Shown in pieces: positions 27,458 to 40,164 of a stretch of 64,000 nucleotides of DNA. Position 1 is the first letter of the stretch, and the number at the start of each line of letters is the position of its first letter. Source of the stretch: an uncultured Chloroflexia bacterium (GTDB lineage Bacteria; Chloroflexota; Anaerolineae; CG2-30-64-16). The translations under genes and the position numbers were made by a program. The notes beneath the pieces are model-generated. The model was not told where the DNA came from. It made no database searches and saw nothing but the letters and a program-made list of their open reading frames with translations. The DNA lies in NCBI GenBank assembly GCA_963837925.1, contig CAWIPK010000007.1:81124-145123 (forward strand). The letters run 5' to 3'.

Positions 27458-28170
27458 CCGTGGATCTGACACTGCGCATCAGGCGCTTCAATCCGGAACT
27501 CGACAAGAAGCCGCACTGGGAAGAGTACACCATCGACGTTGACCCCGACGAAAAGCTGCTCGACGCGCTGCTGTACGTCAAGGACCACCTTGACGGCACC
27601 TTGACCCTGCGCAAGTCGTGCGGCCAGGGCATCTGTGGGTCAGATGCAATGCGCATCAACGGGCGAAACGGGCTGGCCTGCAAACTGCTGATCAAGCAAG
27701 TCAACACGCCGGTCATCACGGTCGAGCCCATGTACGGGCTACCGCTGATCAAAGATCTCGTGGTAGACATGGAGCCGTTCTGGAAGTGGTACCGCGCGAT
27801 CATGCCCTGGCTGGTCAACGACGAGCCGGCGCCCGAGAAGGAGCGGCTGCAGAGCGAAGAACAGTTGGCCCGTTACGACGACAGCACCAAGTGCATTCTG
27901 TGCGCAGCCTGCACCACCTCCTGCCCGCCCTTCTGGGCCAACGGCGAACACTACGTGGGGCCGGCTTCGATCGTGCAGTCCCACCGATTCATCTTCGACA
28001 GCCGCGATCGGGCGACCGCGGAGCGGCTGAATATCATGAGCCAGGCCTTCGGCGTGTGGAAATGCCGCACCGTGTACAACTGCACGGAGGCCTGCCCGCG
28101 TGGCATCCGCGTGACGGAACATATCGGGGAAATCAAACGCGCGCTCGGCCTGGGAATGCCGAAGGGGTAG
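27454..28170 (+). CDS. sdhB: Succinate dehydrogenase iron-sulfur subunit
   Basis: Cys clusters CGQGICGSDAMRING, CILCAACTTSCP and CRTVYNCTEACP. Confidence 0.95.
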   Translation: MTVDLTLRIRRFNPELDKKPHWEEYTIDVDPDEKLLDALLYVKDHLDGTLTLRKSCGQGICGSDAMRINGRNGLACKLLIKQVNTPVITVEPMYGLPLIKDLVVDMEPFWKWYRAIMPWLVNDEPAPEKERLQSEEQLARYDDSTKCILCAACTTSCPPFWANGEHYVGPASIVQSHRFIFDSRDRATAERLNIMSQAFGVWKCRTVYNCTEACPRGIRVTEHIGEIKRALGLGMPKG

Positions 28171-28214
28171 AGGGCAGCGGCAGTATGGCCGCAGCATGGC
28201 GAACTGCGAGCGTG

Positions 28215-28244
28215 AAGAGAGGCGGGTGATGACCCGCCTCTCTT
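28215..28244. terminator. Hairpin terminator between convergent sdhB and sdhA
   Basis: AAGAGAGGCGGG-tgatga-CCCGCCTCTCTT followed by TTCG on the plus strand. It lies between the stops at 28170 and 28263. Confidence 0.7.
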
Positions 28245-28262
28245 TTCGCAAGCCGATCGAGC

Positions 28263-30059
<1,797 letters not shown>

Positions 30060-30151
30060 ACTGCCGTCACTCCTTCTGCCAAAGCAACCAGCGTCTAGCG
30101 ACCAGATAGTCAGCGACCGTAGACCCGGGGATATTCTCCTTTTGGTTGTCT

Positions 30152-30160
30152 AATATAGCA
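30152..30160 (-). promoter_or_regulatory. Extended -10 element TGcTATATT upstream of sdhA
   Basis: The reverse complement of 30152-30160 reads TGCTATATT, about 93 nt upstream of the sdhA start. Confidence 0.35.
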
Positions 30161-30198
30161 CAACTGGGCACAAGCCAAAAGTAACCCCTCTTCGCAAA

Positions 30199-30696
30199 CT
30201 ATGCAGCGACCTTGACCTGGACCTGACCGTCGCGGATGCGGACCGGGAACTCCGCCAACGGTGCCTGCGGCAGTCCGCCGAGCGCGCGGCCGTCGGCAGC
30301 GAAGGAGGCGTCGTGACAGGGGCAGACGAAGAGTTGCTGGGTGGCGTCCCAGTGAACGCGGCAGCCCTCATGGGGACAAATGTTGGACAGCGCCCGCAGG
30401 CGGTATCCGTCGACGGCCATGACGTAGATCACGCCACGCCGAACGTTCTGGCCGTCGCCGGTCCCAGCCGGTTGCAAGTACGGGAAGGCAGCCGGCCGGC
30501 CATCGGTCAGGCGCGCGGCGGGGCCGAGATCCAGCCAAGCGGCGGCGTCCGGCCCTTCGCCGGACGCGGCCATGGCCGGCCGGGCGCGGGGCGCGAGCAG
30601 CTCGCCCGCCAGCGAAACGGCGGACAGGCGCGCGAGCAGCGTGAGAAAACTGCGGCGCGTGAGCGTGGAGGCGGCATCTCCGGCAGAGAATGCCAC
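30199..30696 (-). CDS. Tat-exported Rieske [2Fe-2S] protein
   Basis: Twin-arginine signal TRRSFLTLL and Rieske boxes CPHEGC and CPCHDASF. Confidence 0.85.
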   Translation of the reverse strand: MAFSAGDAASTLTRRSFLTLLARLSAVSLAGELLAPRARPAMAASGEGPDAAAWLDLGPAARLTDGRPAAFPYLQPAGTGDGQNVRRGVIYVMAVDGYRLRALSNICPHEGCRVHWDATQQLFVCPCHDASFAADGRALGGLPQAPLAEFPVRIRDGQVQVKVAA

Positions 30697-30882
30697 GGGA
30701 GTTGGGCGCGAGGAAGTCGTTTCTGGCCTCCTTCGGGATGATCAGAATGCTTGATGGATGCTTGTAACCGTGACGGGCAAGGCCCACGATTCCCCCTTTG
30801 CGAGAGGAAGCGTGCTAGAAGTTACGGAAGCGGGCGCATTATAGCGAAGGAGAGGTCGCGCGTCAAACGGCGTGCGGCCTGT

Positions 30883-32808
30883 TCAACGGTCCGTCTGGCC
30901 CTCGGCGACTGGCGTCAGCACCAGGCTGCTCCAGGCGGGCAGCACGAAATCGTGCCAGTTCGTGCTCACTCGCACGTGCTCAGTGGAAACGGCATCTTGC
31001 CAATCGCCGTTGCTCGGGAAGCCGAGCCCGACCGGCTGCGGCACGCAGTCGAAATTGAGCGCCACGACGACCACGTCCCCCTCTTCGCTCCAGCGCTTGT
31101 AGCGGAGGACCTTGAAGCGGGCGAAATCGTCCAGGTAGAATTCGATGTGGTCGGAACGCAGGGCAGGATGAGCCCGGCGCAGGGCCAGCAGGCGCCGATA
31201 GAACTCGAGCTGGGCGCGTCCGGCCGGATGCTCGAGCTTCGACCAGTCGAGCGGCCAGAAATCGATGGTGCGCGGGCTGTCGGCGCCGAATTCCTGGCCG
31301 GCAAACAGCATCGGGATGCCCGGCGCGGTCATGAGGAGGGCCAGGCCCAGGCGTGCCTTCTGCATCCCCAGCTCCCAGCGATCAGCCTGAGGCGCCTGGC
31401 CGGCGGCGTCTGGCATGCGCACGTGCTCGGCATAATGCTGCAGCTCGTGCTCCGGGCGCCGCTCGTCGTGGCAGACGACGTAGTTCACCAACTGGTCGGC
31501 GTGGGCAAAGCCCTGGGCGTGGAAGTTTCCCCAGGCGCGCCAGACTTCCTGTCGTTCCCACTGCCAGGTCTGGAACAGGCAGCCTTCCAACACGTGGTGG
31601 AAGGCCCCGTTCCAGACGGCATCTATCGTCGTCTCCTGGATGAGGCGCGCCGCCGTCTTGGCCTGGTTCGTGCCGTGGATCGGCCAATACTCGCCGATCA
31701 GGTAGCAATCGGGGGCCGCGGCGCGTGCGGCCCGGGCGATGGGCGCGATGCCGTAGAACGGGTCGAAGTTATCTCGCAAGGGCTGCCATGGATCGTACTC
31801 CACCCCTCCCAGCCAGTCGAAACGGAAGCCGTCCATGTGATACTCGCGGAGCCAGAAGCGCACGATATCCTGCATGTACGCCAGGGTGTAGGGCGAATGA
31901 TGGTCCCAGTCTACGCCGCCCCAACTGTTGGCATGCCCGTTTTGATGATGATGGAAAAATGGGTTGAGATGCGGCAATTCGCGTCCGTCGGGCGTGAACA
32001 GCGGCGGGTACATACGGTAGTAGGGCTGATCGCCCCAGGCGTGGTTCAGGACCAGATCCAGAATGACCGCAATACCCCGCCGGTGGGCGGCATCGACCAG
32101 CGCGCGCAACTCATGGGGGCGGCCGTAGACCGACTTAGGGGCCATGTAGAAGACGGGATTATAGCCCCACGAGCTATCGCCCGGGAACTCCCCGACCGGC
32201 ATCAGCTCGATCGCGTTGACGCCGAGCGATTGCAGGTGATCGAGCCTGGCGGTCACCCCGGCGAAGCGTCCCAGCCGATCGTTTCCCAGGCCCGGACCAC
32301 CTCGTCGCCCACTGAAGTCGCGCACGCACAGCTCGTAGATGATGAGGTCTTTGCGGGGCGGGCGCTGCCAGGAGCGATCATGCCACTGGAAGGGAGGATC
32401 GTCCGCCAGAACGGCCTTCGGCCCGTAATCGTCCCAGTCGATCTCCACAGCATACGGATCGGCGACGTACACCTGCTTCCCGGATCGATCAATAGTGACC
32501 AGGAACTCGTAGCGCGTGCGGCCGTGGAGCGGAAGGGTGACCTGAAAATGGCCACAGCCGTCGCCCTGCATCGGCGTGGCCTTCGGGTCCCAGCGGTTGA
32601 AATCGCCGACCAGGTGCACGGCAGGCTTGAAGGGGGCGGTCAAGAAGAACGTGGTGGTACCGGGCCGGCAATAGTCACGGTAGGCGCCACCGCGAGGCAG
32701 ATCGGACGTGGAGCGATCGGCGCCGGCAAGCCGGCTGATCCCGGCATTCTGCGGCGAACGGTCACGCGCCGCAGCAGACGACCGCTCGGTTGCCGGCGGT
32801 TGGGTCAT
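30883..32808 (-). CDS. GH13 alpha-amylase-family enzyme with an N-terminal CBM48/E-set domain
   Basis: VGDFNRWD (CBM48), GVNAIELMPV, WGYNP, AVILDLVLNH, DGFRFD, LIGEYW and VVCHDE (GH13 regions I-IV). The start is uncertain, either 32808 or 32892. Confidence 0.85.
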   Translation of the reverse strand: MTQPPATERSSAAARDRSPQNAGISRLAGADRSTSDLPRGGAYRDYCRPGTTTFFLTAPFKPAVHLVGDFNRWDPKATPMQGDGCGHFQVTLPLHGRTRYEFLVTIDRSGKQVYVADPYAVEIDWDDYGPKAVLADDPPFQWHDRSWQRPPRKDLIIYELCVRDFSGRRGGPGLGNDRLGRFAGVTARLDHLQSLGVNAIELMPVGEFPGDSSWGYNPVFYMAPKSVYGRPHELRALVDAAHRRGIAVILDLVLNHAWGDQPYYRMYPPLFTPDGRELPHLNPFFHHHQNGHANSWGGVDWDHHSPYTLAYMQDIVRFWLREYHMDGFRFDWLGGVEYDPWQPLRDNFDPFYGIAPIARAARAAAPDCYLIGEYWPIHGTNQAKTAARLIQETTIDAVWNGAFHHVLEGCLFQTWQWERQEVWRAWGNFHAQGFAHADQLVNYVVCHDERRPEHELQHYAEHVRMPDAAGQAPQADRWELGMQKARLGLALLMTAPGIPMLFAGQEFGADSPRTIDFWPLDWSKLEHPAGRAQLEFYRRLLALRRAHPALRSDHIEFYLDDFARFKVLRYKRWSEEGDVVVVALNFDCVPQPVGLGFPSNGDWQDAVSTEHVRVSTNWHDFVLPAWSSLVLTPVAEGQTDR

Positions 32809-32955
32809 TCGCAATCTGGCAGGACTCCCTTCGACGGTGAAGTCTTGGTCAGGGGGTCCGGCCGCCTGGCCGGACCCGACGCATGATAGCACATGAACCG
32901 ACGCCTGCCCAAAAAACGATATATAGTATTTGTCTCACGAGCGATTGGGGGGCAG

Positions 32956-32983
32956 AAAAAGCGGAGGCCGCCAGAGCCTCCGC
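32956..32983 (-). terminator. Rho-independent terminator downstream of icd
   Basis: On the minus strand, GCGGAGGC-tctggcg-GCCTCCGC followed by TTTTTC, 24 nt after the icd stop. Confidence 0.75.
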
Positions 32984-33006
32984 TCCCTCATGGGCTGCGC
33001 GCGTCC

Positions 33007-34263
<1,257 letters not shown>

Positions 34264-34335
34264 GCTTGCTTCCTCCATTAACTAAGACCCCACCGCCCCT
34301 GACTCTTCGTGTGGCGCTTCCGGTTGGGGTAGGGA

Positions 34336-37053
34336 TCACTCGCCGCGCTTGAGCATGTTGCGCAGTACCAACTGCAAGATGCCTCCGTTGCGATAGTAGT
34401 TCACTTCGACCGGCGTATCGATACGCAGGATGACCTCGAAGGACTGCGCATGCCCCTGTTTGCCGGTCGCGCGCACCGTCAGGTGCTGGCCGGCCTTCAG
34501 GTCCTCGCCGATGCCGGCGATGTCGTAGCTTTCGAAGCCGGTCAGCCCCAGCGTCTCCTGATTCTGGCCGGGCAAGAACTGCAGGGGTAGCACGCCCATG
34601 CCAACCAGGTTGCTGCGATGGATGCGCTCGTAACTCTCGGCGATCACCGCCTTCACGCCCTGCAGCATCGGACCCTTGGCTGCCCAGTCACGGCTAGAAC
34701 CGCTGCCATACTCTTTCCCGGCAATCACGAGCAGGGGCGTGCCGTCTGCCACGTACTTCATGGCCGCATCGTAGACCGGCATGCGCTCGCCGGTCGGCTG
34801 GTAGACCGTCTCCGGACCCTCGACGCCGGGCAGCAGGCGATTCTTGATGCGCGGGTTAGCGAAGGTGCCCCGCATCATCACCTCATGGTTGCCGCGGCGC
34901 GCGCCATACTGATTGAAGTCCGCCCGCTCCACGCCATGTTCAACCAAATACCGACCGGCCGGGCTGGAAGGCCGGATGGAGCCGGCCGGAGAGATGTGGT
35001 CGGTGGTGACGCTATCGCCGAGGAGCAGGAGCACGCGTGCGCCCTGTATGTCGCTTACCGGGGCCGGCTCGGGCGACAGGTCGACAAAGAAGGGCGGCTC
35101 CTGAATGTAGGTGCTTTGCGGGTCCCAGGCATACAATTCACCGGCGGGCACAGGGATCTTGTTCCAGATCTCATTGCCCTCAAAGACGTGCCCGTACTGC
35201 TGCTCAAACATCTCCGGCCTCACGTAGCCGGCGATCGCCTGGCGGACCTCCTCCTGGGCCGGCCAAAGATCCCGCAGGTAGACCGGCTCGCCGTTCGGAT
35301 CGTGGGTCAGCGGATCGTTGGCCAGGTCAATGTCGACCGTGCCGGCCAGGGCGAGCGCGACGACCAGGGGCGGGCTGGCCAGGAAGTTAGCCTGGACCTG
35401 GGCGTGGATACGTCCTTCGAAGTTCCGGTTGCCCGACAACACGGCAGCCGCCACCAGGTTGCCCTCGTCGACAGCCTGTCCGATATGCTCCGGCAGCGGA
35501 CCGCTGTTGCCGATACAGGTCGTGCAGCCGTAGCCGACGGTGTGAAAACGCAGGGCTTCGAGGTACGGCGTGAGGCCGGCCGCGTCCAGGTAGCGCGTGA
35601 CCACGGTCGACCCCGGCGCCAGGCTGGTCTTCACCCACGGTTTGACCTCCAAGCCGCGCTCGACTGCCTTCTTGGCCAGCAGACCTGCGGCCAGCATCAC
35701 GCTCGGATTGCTGGTATTCGTGCACGAGGTGATGGCCGCGATGACCACATCGCCATGTTTGAGCGTGAAGCACTCACCATCATGCTCAACCTCCACCGTG
35801 CGGCTGGCCTCGGCCGGCTGAAGGCCGAAGCCTGCCTTGCCGACCGCGGCGGTGAGCATCGGGCGGAACTGCTTCTTCAGCTCGGTCAAGGGCACCCGGT
35901 CTTGGGGCCGCTTGGGACCGGCCACGCTGGGCACGATTGTCGTCATGTCCAGTTCCAGGGTGGCGCTGAAAACCGGGTCTGGCGTGTCGTCGGTACGGAA
36001 GAGGCCCTGCTCCTTGGTATAGCGCTCGACCAGGTCGACCAACTCCTCGGAACGACCGGTGCCGGCCAGGTAGCGCAGCGTCTCCTGATCGACCGGGAAA
36101 AAGCTCACGGTCGCCCCGTTCTCGGGCGACATATTGCCGATTGTCGCCCGGTCGGCCAGGCTCAACTTGCTCAGGCCAGGGCCGAAGAACTCCACGAACT
36201 GGCTGACGACGCCCCGGGCGCGCAGCATCTGCGTCACGGTGAGGACCAGGTCGGTGGCGGTGGCGCCCTCGGGAAGCTGGCCGGTCAAACGGAAGCCGAT
36301 CACCTGCGGGGTGACCATGTAGATCGGTTGACCCAGCATCACCGCTTCGGCCTCGATGCCGCCCACTCCCCAGCCCAGGACCCCCAGGCCATTGATCATC
36401 GTCGTATGGCTGTCGGTGCCGATGAGGGTATCCGGGTAGGCGACGGACGAGCCGTCCTCGCTCTGGCGCTGGACGACTTTGGCGAGGTACTCCAGGTTGA
36501 CCTGGTGGACGATGCCGGTGGCGGGCGGGACCACGCGGAAGTTGTCGAACGCTTTCTGGCCCCATTTGAGGAATTGATAGCGTTCGCGGTTGCGCTCGAA
36601 CTCACGCTCGGCGTTATAGAGCAGGGCGAATTGCGAGCCAAACTGGTCGACCTGCACCGAATGGTCGATGACCAGGTCGACGGGGATCAACGGGTTGACC
36701 CGCTGCGGGTCGCCACCCAGGCGGGCGATGGCCGCCCGCATGGCGGCGAGATCGACCACACAGGGTACGCCGGTGAAGTCCTGCAAGATGACCCGCGCCG
36801 GCTTGTACGGCAATTCAATCATGGCGGTGTTCTGCGGGTCCCAGTTGGCCAGGCGTACCACGTCGTCCTGGGTCACCTCGAAGTCGTCCACCTGGCGCAG
36901 TACTGACTCGAGCAGCACCTTGATCGTGAACGGCAAGCGGGAGACCTGCCCGACGCCGGCTTCCTCCAGCTTATTGAGCCGATACAGATAGACTGGTTCC
37001 TCCAGGCCGGGCACACGGGTGCGAGCGCCGAAGGAGTCTCGAAGAGGTTTCAT
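34336..37053 (-). CDS. acnA: Aconitate hydratase A
   Basis: Full-length aconitase/IRP pattern ([40 protein letters not shown]). ATG at 37053 follows GGAGAA. Confidence 0.97.
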   Translation of the reverse strand: MKPLRDSFGARTRVPGLEEPVYLYRLNKLEEAGVGQVSRLPFTIKVLLESVLRQVDDFEVTQDDVVRLANWDPQNTAMIELPYKPARVILQDFTGVPCVVDLAAMRAAIARLGGDPQRVNPLIPVDLVIDHSVQVDQFGSQFALLYNAEREFERNRERYQFLKWGQKAFDNFRVVPPATGIVHQVNLEYLAKVVQRQSEDGSSVAYPDTLIGTDSHTTMINGLGVLGWGVGGIEAEAVMLGQPIYMVTPQVIGFRLTGQLPEGATATDLVLTVTQMLRARGVVSQFVEFFGPGLSKLSLADRATIGNMSPENGATVSFFPVDQETLRYLAGTGRSEELVDLVERYTKEQGLFRTDDTPDPVFSATLELDMTTIVPSVAGPKRPQDRVPLTELKKQFRPMLTAAVGKAGFGLQPAEASRTVEVEHDGECFTLKHGDVVIAAITSCTNTSNPSVMLAAGLLAKKAVERGLEVKPWVKTSLAPGSTVVTRYLDAAGLTPYLEALRFHTVGYGCTTCIGNSGPLPEHIGQAVDEGNLVAAAVLSGNRNFEGRIHAQVQANFLASPPLVVALALAGTVDIDLANDPLTHDPNGEPVYLRDLWPAQEEVRQAIAGYVRPEMFEQQYGHVFEGNEIWNKIPVPAGELYAWDPQSTYIQEPPFFVDLSPEPAPVSDIQGARVLLLLGDSVTTDHISPAGSIRPSSPAGRYLVEHGVERADFNQYGARRGNHEVMMRGTFANPRIKNRLLPGVEGPETVYQPTGERMPVYDAAMKYVADGTPLLVIAGKEYGSGSSRDWAAKGPMLQGVKAVIAESYERIHRSNLVGMGVLPLQFLPGQNQETLGLTGFESYDIAGIGEDLKAGQHLTVRATGKQGHAQSFEVILRIDTPVEVNYYRNGGILQLVLRNMLKRGE

Positions 37054-37116
37054 GGCTTTTCTCCAGGCAGGTAGATGGGCAACGGCAAGGTCCGGGCACG
37101 AAGCACGCATGTCCTT

Positions 37117-37189
37117 ACGGTCATGCGGACATGACGGTCATGCGGACATGACGGTCATGCGGACATGACGGTCATGCGGACATGACGGA
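37117..37189. repeat. 17-bp tandem repeat, four exact copies plus a partial one (ACGGTCATGCGGACATG)
   Basis: Exact copies at 37117-37133, 37134-37150, 37151-37167 and 37168-37184, followed by ACGGA. It lies 64-136 nt upstream of the acnA start. Confidence 0.95.
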
Positions 37190-37205
37190 TGATCGTGAGC
37201 GGCGA

Positions 37206-37223
37206 TTACGGTTACGGTTACGA
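37206..37223. repeat. Hexamer tandem repeat (TTACGG TTACGG TTACGA)
   Basis: Read directly from the sequence. Confidence 0.85.
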
Positions 37224-37294
37224 CTATGGCTAAGGATTATAGCGCAAGTGGCGGAACCTGGCAGGTATCGGCTTTACACTTCCCGTGGTCTGCG

Positions 37295-37324
37295 GCCAGG
37301 CACGGCCAGGCCGAGCCAGGCCGG
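37295..37324. repeat. 10-bp tandem repeat x3 (GCCAGGCACG GCCAGGCCGA GCCAGGCCGG)
   Basis: Read directly from the sequence. The GCCAGGC core recurs with a period of 10 nt. Confidence 0.8.
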
Positions 37325-37428
37325 ATCGGCGCGGCCACCCTCGGTAAGCCAAGCCCCTGACAACCCCGGCTTTCGGATATAGGGTGCGATCGCGACGGTG
37401 TAACGAGATTCAACCAGCGAGGAGCACA

Positions 37429-39084
37429 ATGTCATCCCCTCAACCCCCATCCGGTCTGTTCCCCGGCGCAGTTGATCGCGGTGATGGCCAGGTGAGCTTC
37501 GCGCTCTATGCCCCGGGCAAGCAGCGGGTCAGCGTGGTGGGCGACTTTAACAATTGGGACCCGGAGGCCGATCAGATGTCCGTCACAGCCGCGGGGCTGT
37601 GGTGGATCGAGAAAGATTTCGAGCCAGGCCGCTACACCTACCAGTTTGCGGTCGACGATGGGCGCCTGATCTGCGATCCGTACGCGACCGCCCTGGCCGA
37701 AGACTCGGCTTTCGACCCGCCGCGCGCGATCGTGGAAGTCGGACGGCGGTCGTACACCTGGCAACACGAGGATTGGAGCAGCCCGGCGTTCGAGGATTTG
37801 ATCATCTACGAGCTGCACGTGGGCGACTTCACTCCGGAGGGCACGTTTGAGGGCGCGAAAAGCCGGCTGGACTATCTCCGCGACCTGGGCATCAACGCGC
37901 TCGAGCTCATGCCGATCTTCGAGTTCAGGGGTGAATTGGCCTGGGGCTACGACCCGACGTACTTCTTCACCGTGGAGAAAAGCTACGGCACGGCCGACGA
38001 GTTCCGCGACCTGATCGACGAAGCCCACGCCCGCGGGATCGCAGTGATCCTCGACCTGGTGCTGGCTCACACCGCGCACCGCCACCCCTTCAACCAGCTT
38101 TATCGCTACGAGGACAGCCCCTGGTACGGTTCGGGTTGCGGCGAGCCCAACCAGTTTGGCTTCCCGACCCTGGATCACTCCAAGGGGCCCACGCGTGACT
38201 TCGCACGCGACGTCCAGGCGTACTGGCTGCGCGAGTTTCACGTCGACGGTTTTCGCTACGATTATTGCGCCGGCATCGGCTGCCGGGGCGATCTGGGCGT
38301 GACCTACCTGGTGCGGTCGACGCGCGAAGTTTTGCCGCGCGCCTACCTGATCGGCGAATACAGCCCGGAGAACTCGCATGATGTCAATCAGTGTGGGCTG
38401 GACGGCGCCTGGCACGTCTCGTCAGGCTACGCCCTGAAGGCGTTGCTGGTAGAAGGAGAGTGCGGCAGCTACGACTGGGACGACTTTGGCCACTGCCTGG
38501 AAGTGTTGGACCCGCAAAAACAAGGCTATGCGCGGGCGGCGGAGGCCGTCAACTACCTCGAAAGCCATGATGAACAGCGAGTGATGCGCGACCTGCTGGA
38601 TTCGGGTTTCAACGAGCAGCGGGCGCGCGCCAAATCGGCCCTGGGAGCCGCGCTGCTCTTCACGATGCCCGGCGAACCGATGCTCTACCACGGCCAGGAA
38701 TGGGGCGAAGCCACCCCACGCTCGACCAACGAGCGGAACACGCTGCATTGGGAGCAGGCAGGCCAGGACGGCGGCGAATGGCTGCTGAACCGCTACCGGC
38801 AGTTGGCCTGGCTGCATCGCCGGCACGGCGCGCTGCGCAGCGCCGGCTTCTCGCTGGATGCTACTAACGCAGAACAAAAAACGCTGGTCTATCACCGCTG
38901 GGGCGAGACCGGCGATACGCTGGTAGTGGCGGCCAACTTCTCTCCCGCTCCTCAGACGCTGCGCGTGCCCTTCCCAAGCCCTGGCCGTTGGTCGGAAGTG
39001 CTCGAGGGGGAAACGCTGGACGTCCAGGATGAGCTCGTGGTGGAAATGGCTCCGTCCAGCGCCCGCATCTACGTCATGAGCTAA
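37429..39084 (+). CDS. GH13 alpha-amylase-family enzyme with an N-terminal CBM48/E-set domain (paralogue of 30883-32808)
   Basis: VGDFNNWD, GINALELMPI, WGYDP, AVILDLVLAH, DGFRYD, LIGEYS and LESHDE. ATG at 37429 follows GAGGAG. Confidence 0.85.
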   Translation: MSSPQPPSGLFPGAVDRGDGQVSFALYAPGKQRVSVVGDFNNWDPEADQMSVTAAGLWWIEKDFEPGRYTYQFAVDDGRLICDPYATALAEDSAFDPPRAIVEVGRRSYTWQHEDWSSPAFEDLIIYELHVGDFTPEGTFEGAKSRLDYLRDLGINALELMPIFEFRGELAWGYDPTYFFTVEKSYGTADEFRDLIDEAHARGIAVILDLVLAHTAHRHPFNQLYRYEDSPWYGSGCGEPNQFGFPTLDHSKGPTRDFARDVQAYWLREFHVDGFRYDYCAGIGCRGDLGVTYLVRSTREVLPRAYLIGEYSPENSHDVNQCGLDGAWHVSSGYALKALLVEGECGSYDWDDFGHCLEVLDPQKQGYARAAEAVNYLESHDEQRVMRDLLDSGFNEQRARAKSALGAALLFTMPGEPMLYHGQEWGEATPRSTNERNTLHWEQAGQDGGEWLLNRYRQLAWLHRRHGALRSAGFSLDATNAEQKTLVYHRWGETGDTLVVAANFSPAPQTLRVPFPSPGRWSEVLEGETLDVQDELVVEMAPSSARIYVMS

Positions 39085-39106
39085 GATTCACGACCGGCCA
39101 CCCGCC

Positions 39107-39967
39107 TCAGACGAACAGTACCGAAGCCAAACGGTTTCGATACGTGCGCACGAGCGGATCGTCGCCCAGGACGTCAAACAGATGGAGCATCGCCTCACGC
39201 GCCGCACCCTTGTTGAATGACCGATTGCGTCGCACGACCTCCAGGTACTGCTCCAGCGACTCCTCATAGCAGCGCTGCACGGCGAGCAAACTGGCCAACT
39301 TATAGCGCGCCTCGAGGTCTTCGGGCGCGGCGGCGAGGCGCGCCCGCAACGCCGGCTCGTCGGCGCTGCCCGCTTCGGCGCGCAGCTTCATCTCTTGACG
39401 CAAGCGCGTCGCCTCATTGCCTTCGGGCGTCCCGAGCGGCACGTGCGTGAGCGCGTCGAGCACGCCCTGCTCCTGCCCTTGCTCGGCAAGGGCGCGCGCC
39501 AGTCCCAGCCACGCGCCGGGATGCTCGGCCTGCTCGGCGAGCACGGATCGGAACGTCTCTTCGGCCTCTTTGGGTTTGCCCGCTTCGAGAAGCGTGCGCC
39601 CCTCGCTGACCTTCTGGTCGCCCTCGCCGGGCAAGAGCCTTTCAATGAATTGGCGCACGACCGGCTGCGGCTGCGCGCCGACGAACTCGTCGGCGGCCTG
39701 GCCGTCCTTGAAAGCCTTCACCATGGGGATGCCCTGCACCCCATACGTGGCAGCCAGACTCGGGTTCTCGTCGACGTTGATCTTGGCCAGGACGAATCGT
39801 CCGCTATTCTCATGAGCCAGCCCTTCCAAGACCGGGCTGAGAACGCGACACGGCCCGCACCAGGGGGCCCAGAAATCCACCACGACGGGCGTTTGTCGCG
39901 AGCGCTCGATCACCTCGGTCTGGAAATCCTCTTCGTTAACTTCAATGACAAAGCTGGTTGTTTCCAT
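39107..39967 (-). CDS. Thioredoxin-domain plus TPR protein (YbbN/CnoX-like co-chaperone)
   Basis: N-terminal thioredoxin fold with WCGPC, followed by about 170 aa of helical TPR-like repeats. Confidence 0.85.
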   Translation of the reverse strand: METTSFVIEVNEEDFQTEVIERSRQTPVVVDFWAPWCGPCRVLSPVLEGLAHENSGRFVLAKINVDENPSLAATYGVQGIPMVKAFKDGQAADEFVGAQPQPVVRQFIERLLPGEGDQKVSEGRTLLEAGKPKEAEETFRSVLAEQAEHPGAWLGLARALAEQGQEQGVLDALTHVPLGTPEGNEATRLRQEMKLRAEAGSADEPALRARLAAAPEDLEARYKLASLLAVQRCYEESLEQYLEVVRRNRSFNKGAAREAMLHLFDVLGDDPLVRTYRNRLASVLFV

Positions 39968-40010
39968 GCTAGATTAGATTCGCCGGCTCGCAAAGCGTTA
40001 CTCGCGCGCA

Positions 40011-40045
40011 GCAGCGAGTTGCACCTGCTCGGAGCAACTCGCTGC
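40011..40045. terminator. Hairpin (12-bp perfect stem GCAGCGAGTTGC / GCAACTCGCTGC) downstream of the oxidoreductase gene; no U tract
   Basis: A perfect inverted repeat about 120 nt after the stop at 40165. Confidence 0.35.
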
Positions 40046-40164
40046 TCGTGTCCGGCGCGCCAGCACCGGCCCAAAATGCCCGTCCGCTGCTCGCCGATCG
40101 GACACAGATCCGCTCGCTTCGCCACGCGCACCACACTTGGGCCGCCGGTACGCCGCTATGACCC

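Noticed and set aside
30751-32886. A 711-aa plus-strand ORF, the longest 'hypothetical' in this part of the window.
   Set aside because: It is the antisense shadow of the GH13 gene at 30883-32808. Its translation is Arg/Gly/Pro/Ala-rich with no recognisable motifs, whereas the minus strand carries all GH13 signature regions. High GC content suppresses stop codons on the opposite strand.
34618-36906. A 762-aa plus-strand ORF. Similar long shadow ORFs occur at 8794-10080 (+), 13476-14705 (-), 14799-15731 (+), 59342-60670 (-), 17115-18134 (-) and 51543-52463 (-).
   Set aside because: All of them lie antisense to genes with unambiguous family signatures (acnA, dinB, hisC, HAD, treS, hisA/hisF, lhr). 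They have out-of-frame high-GC amino-acid composition and lack RBS or start context.
37117-37189. A possible CRISPR array, suggested by the perfect direct repeats here and at 12211-12258.
   Set aside because: The repeats are directly abutting with no spacers, the units are only 17-19 nt, and no cas genes are nearby. These are tandem repeats, not a CRISPR array.
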